64,000 bases of DNA from Chlorokybus atmophyticus (taxonomy: Eukaryota; Plantae; Mesostigma and Chlorokybus algae). Each line of letters opens with the position of its first letter. Position 1 is the stretch's first letter. The position numbers and the translations under genes were made by a program. The notes beneath the pieces were generated by a model. The model made no database searches, was not told the origin of the DNA, and saw only the letters and a program-made list of their open reading frames with translations. Location: the NCBI GenBank assembly GCA_009103225.1, contig RHPI01001946.1, positions 371,207 through 435,206 of the forward strand. Reading direction: 5' to 3'. Positions 59,421 through 64,000 of this stretch are shown here, piece by piece.

Positions 59421-59694
59421 GGATCAAGATAGGAGTTGAAGCACAGGTAGAAGCAGCTACAATTTTAGTTTTGTTTTATTTTTGCCCTTTTTCTGGCTTG
59501 CCATGCTTCTTTTAACATTTCTCCACATCATACCCAAGCTTGCCATAGCGGTTGCACTTGCGTTGCTTTTTCTATTAACCAACCTGGCCTGAGAACCGCT
59601 CTAGCCCAATAACCGGAGCTTGAATTGGGGCTAGAGCTGTAACCATGCTTAAAACAGCAAAAGCAACTGCATCTAAAGCCTCTTTTGTGAGCCT

Positions 59695-60441
59695 TTAATT
59701 GACTTCAAGTAGCCTTGGCATCACCTCATTTAATGTGGGGATCAGTGGCAGGACCTTCCAACACCGTGACCAAGGTGTCAAACGCAGGCAAGTCTGAAAG
59801 TTCATAAAGTACAGCTTAAACAAGCTCAGCTTTTGCAACCGGCAGCCCACGCCCGTAAGGTCCTTCCAAAGCTCTCTTGCCCTTGCAAAGCACTTGGTAG
59901 CAGGCTTCCTCGAGTCGTTCCTCAAATTGTTTACATAATGCTTCAGCTGAACACGCCTGGCATTTTTCTTCGCTTTGAAAGACTTAGAAGAATCAAAGTC
60001 ACAACTTCTCCCAAGCCTCTCTAGCAGTGCAGCAAGCATGTAATGTCAAACGGAACTCCCTTACTTGTAAAACAACAATTGCAAGTGCTTTCTTAAAGTT
60101 TTGCTTATAAACAGTGCTCCACCTTGTAGGTATGGGGTCAACCTCCTCCGGGGTCACAAATTACCACAAGCTCTTGTGCCCGTTCGACCACTTCATGCTA
60201 CTGCTGCAGGTGTTGTAGTTATCATCTCCCAGCGGCTCAAGCACCGCCTTGTTGTAGCTGGTCGCCATAGTACAACCCCTCAAGGAGAATAGGCCAATTA
60301 AGCCAAAGATTAGCAATTTAGGCTCCCAGACCTCCACAGTCTCGCCATAAATAGCAGAGTCGTAAACCTTTGCTACAGTAGTGCACACTTCCTCCAAGAT
60401 GTCTATATAAACTCTTAACCCAACATATGTGGGCCTTAACC
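59695..60441 (-). pseudogene. Degenerate Copia gag with a PBS remnant
   Basis: LEPLGDDNYNTCSSSMK; KAKKNARRVQLKHYVNNL...KCFARARELWKDL; ggttaaggcccacatatg on the minus strand at ~60424-60441. Confidence 0.7.
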
Positions 60442-60799
60442 TTTTAAGATGCAAGCTTTTTAGGGGTAGACACACAACATGACAACCTCAAACCGTCTGT
60501 GCAAGCAAAAAAGAGCAAACGACACCATGTCAGTTTAGATTATTTATAAGTTTGCACCTCAAAATATGTGGGAAAAGCGCTGAAGCAGGAGCTGCAACAT
60601 GCGCAACCTCTGAAATGTACGAAAGAGGTGGTTGAAGCTGATGAAGAGGCGATAGAGATGGAGAGGGAAGCCCATCTACCTAGGAGCAGAGATAAGCGTC
60701 CACTTGCTGTACCCAGCTATGAACGCGTTAGCATGCGGCGAAATGTCGCAGAAGTATGCAATGAGCGAGAATGAAGACGCGTCAATGGCAAGTTGCCTG

Positions 60800-61876
60800 G
60801 TTGCTAGGTGACAGGAGCGAAATTAGTCATTCCGGGTGGAAGAGTTGCTCAGGTGTTGGGGCTGCAAGACATTCATCTCCTAGCTCTTATTGCTCCATAT
60901 GATCAAGACTGCCTCCTTCGCTAGTCTTCATCAGTGACCATCTAAATGTTAGGGCAGCGGGGAGGAAAAAACTCTTATATGTCGCACTGCTTTGTCATTG
61001 ACGCCATTGGATACGACATGTTTCTGGGTTAAAAGGCACTTTTGCCAGTGGGTGGAGGCTTAGACAACTGCATTTGAAAAAAAATCTTTTGGCCAGAGTT
61101 GAAGGATGACCAAGGCATAAAAAGTTGGCCTACTTTCTCCTGACAATGCTCAAGAATGTCATGAGTTGGGACACAAGGATGGCAACATCTTGCTAAATTA
61201 AGGTGGCATGTTACACAAAGTTGCCATCCACTTAAGATGTTTGAGAGCAATGTGAATAGGAAGCTCACACACGCCTTCAGCAACAGATCTGAGTTAATGA
61301 CATCAGTAGCATTTACGGAGGAGCAACTACTTGGGTAGAGCTTGTTTAACAGAAGCTTTTCGCACGACGCTTTGAAGCGTTGCGCAAGGTGGAAGGGGAA
61401 TGGGTGAAAGTAGTGCACGCAAGACCACCTGCAAAGAGATCTGAGGGGGTGTCGTTGCAACAGCTACCCCTCGATCCTGCAGCTATCCATTAGAATGTAC
61501 CCAAAGAAGGTTTTTGTCTAGCAGACATCTTTGCTGGATCGATAAGTAGATTAGCTGCATTAAATGCCGGCATTAAAGTACGACAATACTTATACAAGGA
61601 TCCAAACCTTGTGGCTCAGCAAAGTGTGGCACATCATGCCACCATTGTATTGCAAAAGTATCCGCAAATTCTGCCACGCAGCGCGTTGCGAGACAGTAAA
61701 AAGGCACTGTCTTCTGACATACGATTGGTTACAGTAGCGCACCTGTTTGCTGCATGGCAGATTGACATGGTGGTTGCCGGGTGGGATGTCAAGGGGATTG
61801 CAGAGCAAAAGCAGAACTTGGAAAAGGGCTGAAAGACTCACATTTTGAACTATTTTCGGAAATTCCCAGTCCTACA
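60800..61876 (+). pseudogene. Divergent family-B-like pol fragment: protease, linker, C5 DNA methyltransferase
   Basis: TGAKLVIPGGRVAQVLGL...VIDAIGYDMFLG*KALLPVGGGLD matches the B1 protease; then DIFAGSISRLAALNAG, SDIRLV, IDMVVAGW(frameshift)CQGDCRAK..GKGLKDSHFELFSE at 61506-61870. Confidence 0.75.
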
Positions 61877-64000
61877 TGTAACAATGCTCGTGCTCACAGC
61901 ACACAAGTCATACAACACATGTGTGCAGCTGAGCACAGTCTTCACACCGGAACCTTGTCTTCTCCCGCACACGCACACACGCATCGAGCACGCACACGCA
62001 TGCGAACACTACTACTTCCCACACCAAGCAAGAACGAAGCCGTGTACCTTGGATCACGCCTCTCTCAAGCGTACACCAGCATACTCACAGCAAAAAACAA
62101 GAGCTGGATGTATTACACAGGGTTTCTATTTATACAAGCACAACAACTAAGCAGCCTAGTAATCAGGCATTTTGACAATGATTTACCAAATCTAAAGAAC
62201 CTGTATAAGTGCAGACTGCTACCCCGCGCCTTGGAGTACATTTCACGCGGCAGCTGACTGGGCAGTCCGCGTTACAAGGTACTGCGCAGCGGTAGACTGA
62301 CTATGTCCGCGTCACATACATACCGTGCAGTCTGGTCAGCTGCGTCACCGCTGCCTCTGTAGGTTGCGTCGCAGGCAGGCAGCTGCCGGGCTGGTTGCAG
62401 GCGAAGTCGCACGCGGCAGCAGAGCACCGCCTGTAAAGCTTGTAAAAGCTCTATATAAATCTTTAATAAAGCCTAAAAAAAAGGCAAAACACATACTGTA
62501 CATGTAGTAAATTACGGAAAAAGGTCCAAGCTGTTACACCCCTTCCCCCCTGCGGGAGCTTTGTCCTTAAAGCTTACGAGTGCCTCTTCTGGTCTTGTAC
62601 TCTTGCAAAATTTGTTTGGCATTCGTGAAGCTAAAAAATAGCTCTCCTCGGGTTCGTACATTGCCTCGTGCATCGGATAGCCGCGCCACTTCACCAAGTA
62701 CTTGCGCACACCTCCCACCATCTTGTCCTTAATGATTGCCTCCACTTCCCACTCAGCTTGGTCCTCACCAACCAGCATCGGAGGTGGACGAGGTGGCGGC
62801 TCCCGCTTGTAAGCTTTAAGAAGCGAGACATGAAAAACGAGGTGCACGCGCATGGTATCGGGCAGCTCCAGCTTGTAGGCTACCTCCGAGATGACCTTGA
62901 TCACTTTGAAAGCTCCCAACCATCGCTCACTTAGCTTGCGCACATCCGTGACCAGCTGCACATGCTTGGTAGAGAGCATCACACAATCACTATTCAAAGA
63001 GACAACATGCTTGCGATGCGCATCGGCGTATTCCTTTTGCCAGTTTTGTGCCACAACTAGAGCCTCACGAGCTGCCTTGCTAATGGCCGCACACCTCTTG
63101 AGAAAGCCATCCACGGCCTCCACATCTAAATATTGCATGCTAGGCGCCCACGGCGTCAACGGATGTTGCCCATAGTTCATGAGAAAAGGTGTCACACCCG
63201 TGCTTGCACTTTTGTGGTTGTTGATGGTAAACTCAGTCAGCTCCAGCATGTCTCCCCAATTGTCTTGTCGGCTATTCACATATAGCACCGTAGCATGTCC
63301 TCGACCACACGGCTAGTGCGTTCCTTTTAGCCGTCCGTCTCAGGGAGGTATGCGGTGCTGAACTTTAAAGTCGTGCCCAAAGCTGAATGGAGAGCCTTCC
63401 AGAAGTTTCCTGTGAACCGCGGGTCCCTATCACTCACCATACTCGGGAGGCCATGAGAGCGCACCATATGCTTGATGAACAACTTGGCAGCCTTGGGAGC
63501 CGTGCACGTCTCCATACATGGCGCCAACCGCACCATTTTGCTGGTCTTATCCACAAACACCAAGATAGCATCATGTCCTTCATGTGTTCGTGGCAGCCCC
63601 GTGATGAAGACGAGAGTAACTTGCTCCCACGTCGTCAAAGATATCGGCAATGGTTGGAGCCCGTTGACGCATTGGTTGCTCGCCTTCACCCTTTGACAAG
63701 TGTCGCACATTGCCACATAATCCTTAACATCACGATGCATCTCCAACCAGAGAAATCGCTATTTCAACAAGGCTAGCGTCCGCTCCAGCCCTTGATGATC
63801 AGCCATTGGCGCGTCGTGTGTTTCCTTCATCAATCCCACGCGCATGTACGCAATGATGGGTATGTACATGCGATCTCCGTGCCATAGCAGCCCGTCCTCC
63901 CATGCCCAAAGGTCGCCATGATCAGTTCCATTCTCGAGCGCTTCAATAGCCTTCTTACCAACAGCGTCCTCGTGCAACAAGGCTCGGATCTGCTTCAACC
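61877..64000 (-). mobile_element. Degenerate chromovirus 3' part (integrase, chromodomain, PPT, 3' LTR 61877-62538), relative of the 15269-21317 element, inserted in the DNMT fragment
   Basis: ERWLGAFKV...EWEVEAII...YLVKWRG; PPT ggggggaagggg before tgtaacag; LTR ends gcacgagcattgttaca versus gcacgagcaccgtcaca; runs off the window. Confidence 0.88.

Noticed and set aside
61030-61460. Initial reading as an integrase fragment, which would put the DNMT after integrase
   Set aside because: Another frame aligns better with the protease C-terminus and linker of family B (G*KALLPVGGGLD versus GQDFSFPFGMGLD).

Overview
This is eukaryotic DNA made almost entirely of nested transposable elements; I can support no host gene, rRNA or tRNA gene. 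The source is probably an alga, plausibly a streptophyte (inference from the element types). Contents in order: (1) an intron-containing pogo/DDE_1 transposase pseudogene; (2) a ~0.9-kb tandem repeat; (3) one young, intact Ty3/Gypsy chromovirus (15269-21317; LTRs differ at 2 of 672 nt, TTAAG target-site duplication) inside a Ty1/Copia element that itself sits in an older Copia; (4) several Copia remnants, solo LTRs and two gag-only Copia-type elements; (5) PAT/TOC1-type DIRS tyrosine-recombinase retroelements, one apparently circularly permuted and one rearranged into a large inverted repeat; (6) several copies of an unusual Ty3/Gypsy-like family ('family B'). Family B carries a C5 cytosine methyltransferase between protease and RT and a PHD finger after integrase. 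It also has a self-complementary Tf1-like primer site and split terminal repeats (A-PBS-internal-X-A-X) instead of ordinary LTRs, which suggests integration from a circular intermediate at an internal att junction. Coordinates and alignments were read by eye. There are two assembly gaps (2100-2764, 12401-12621).
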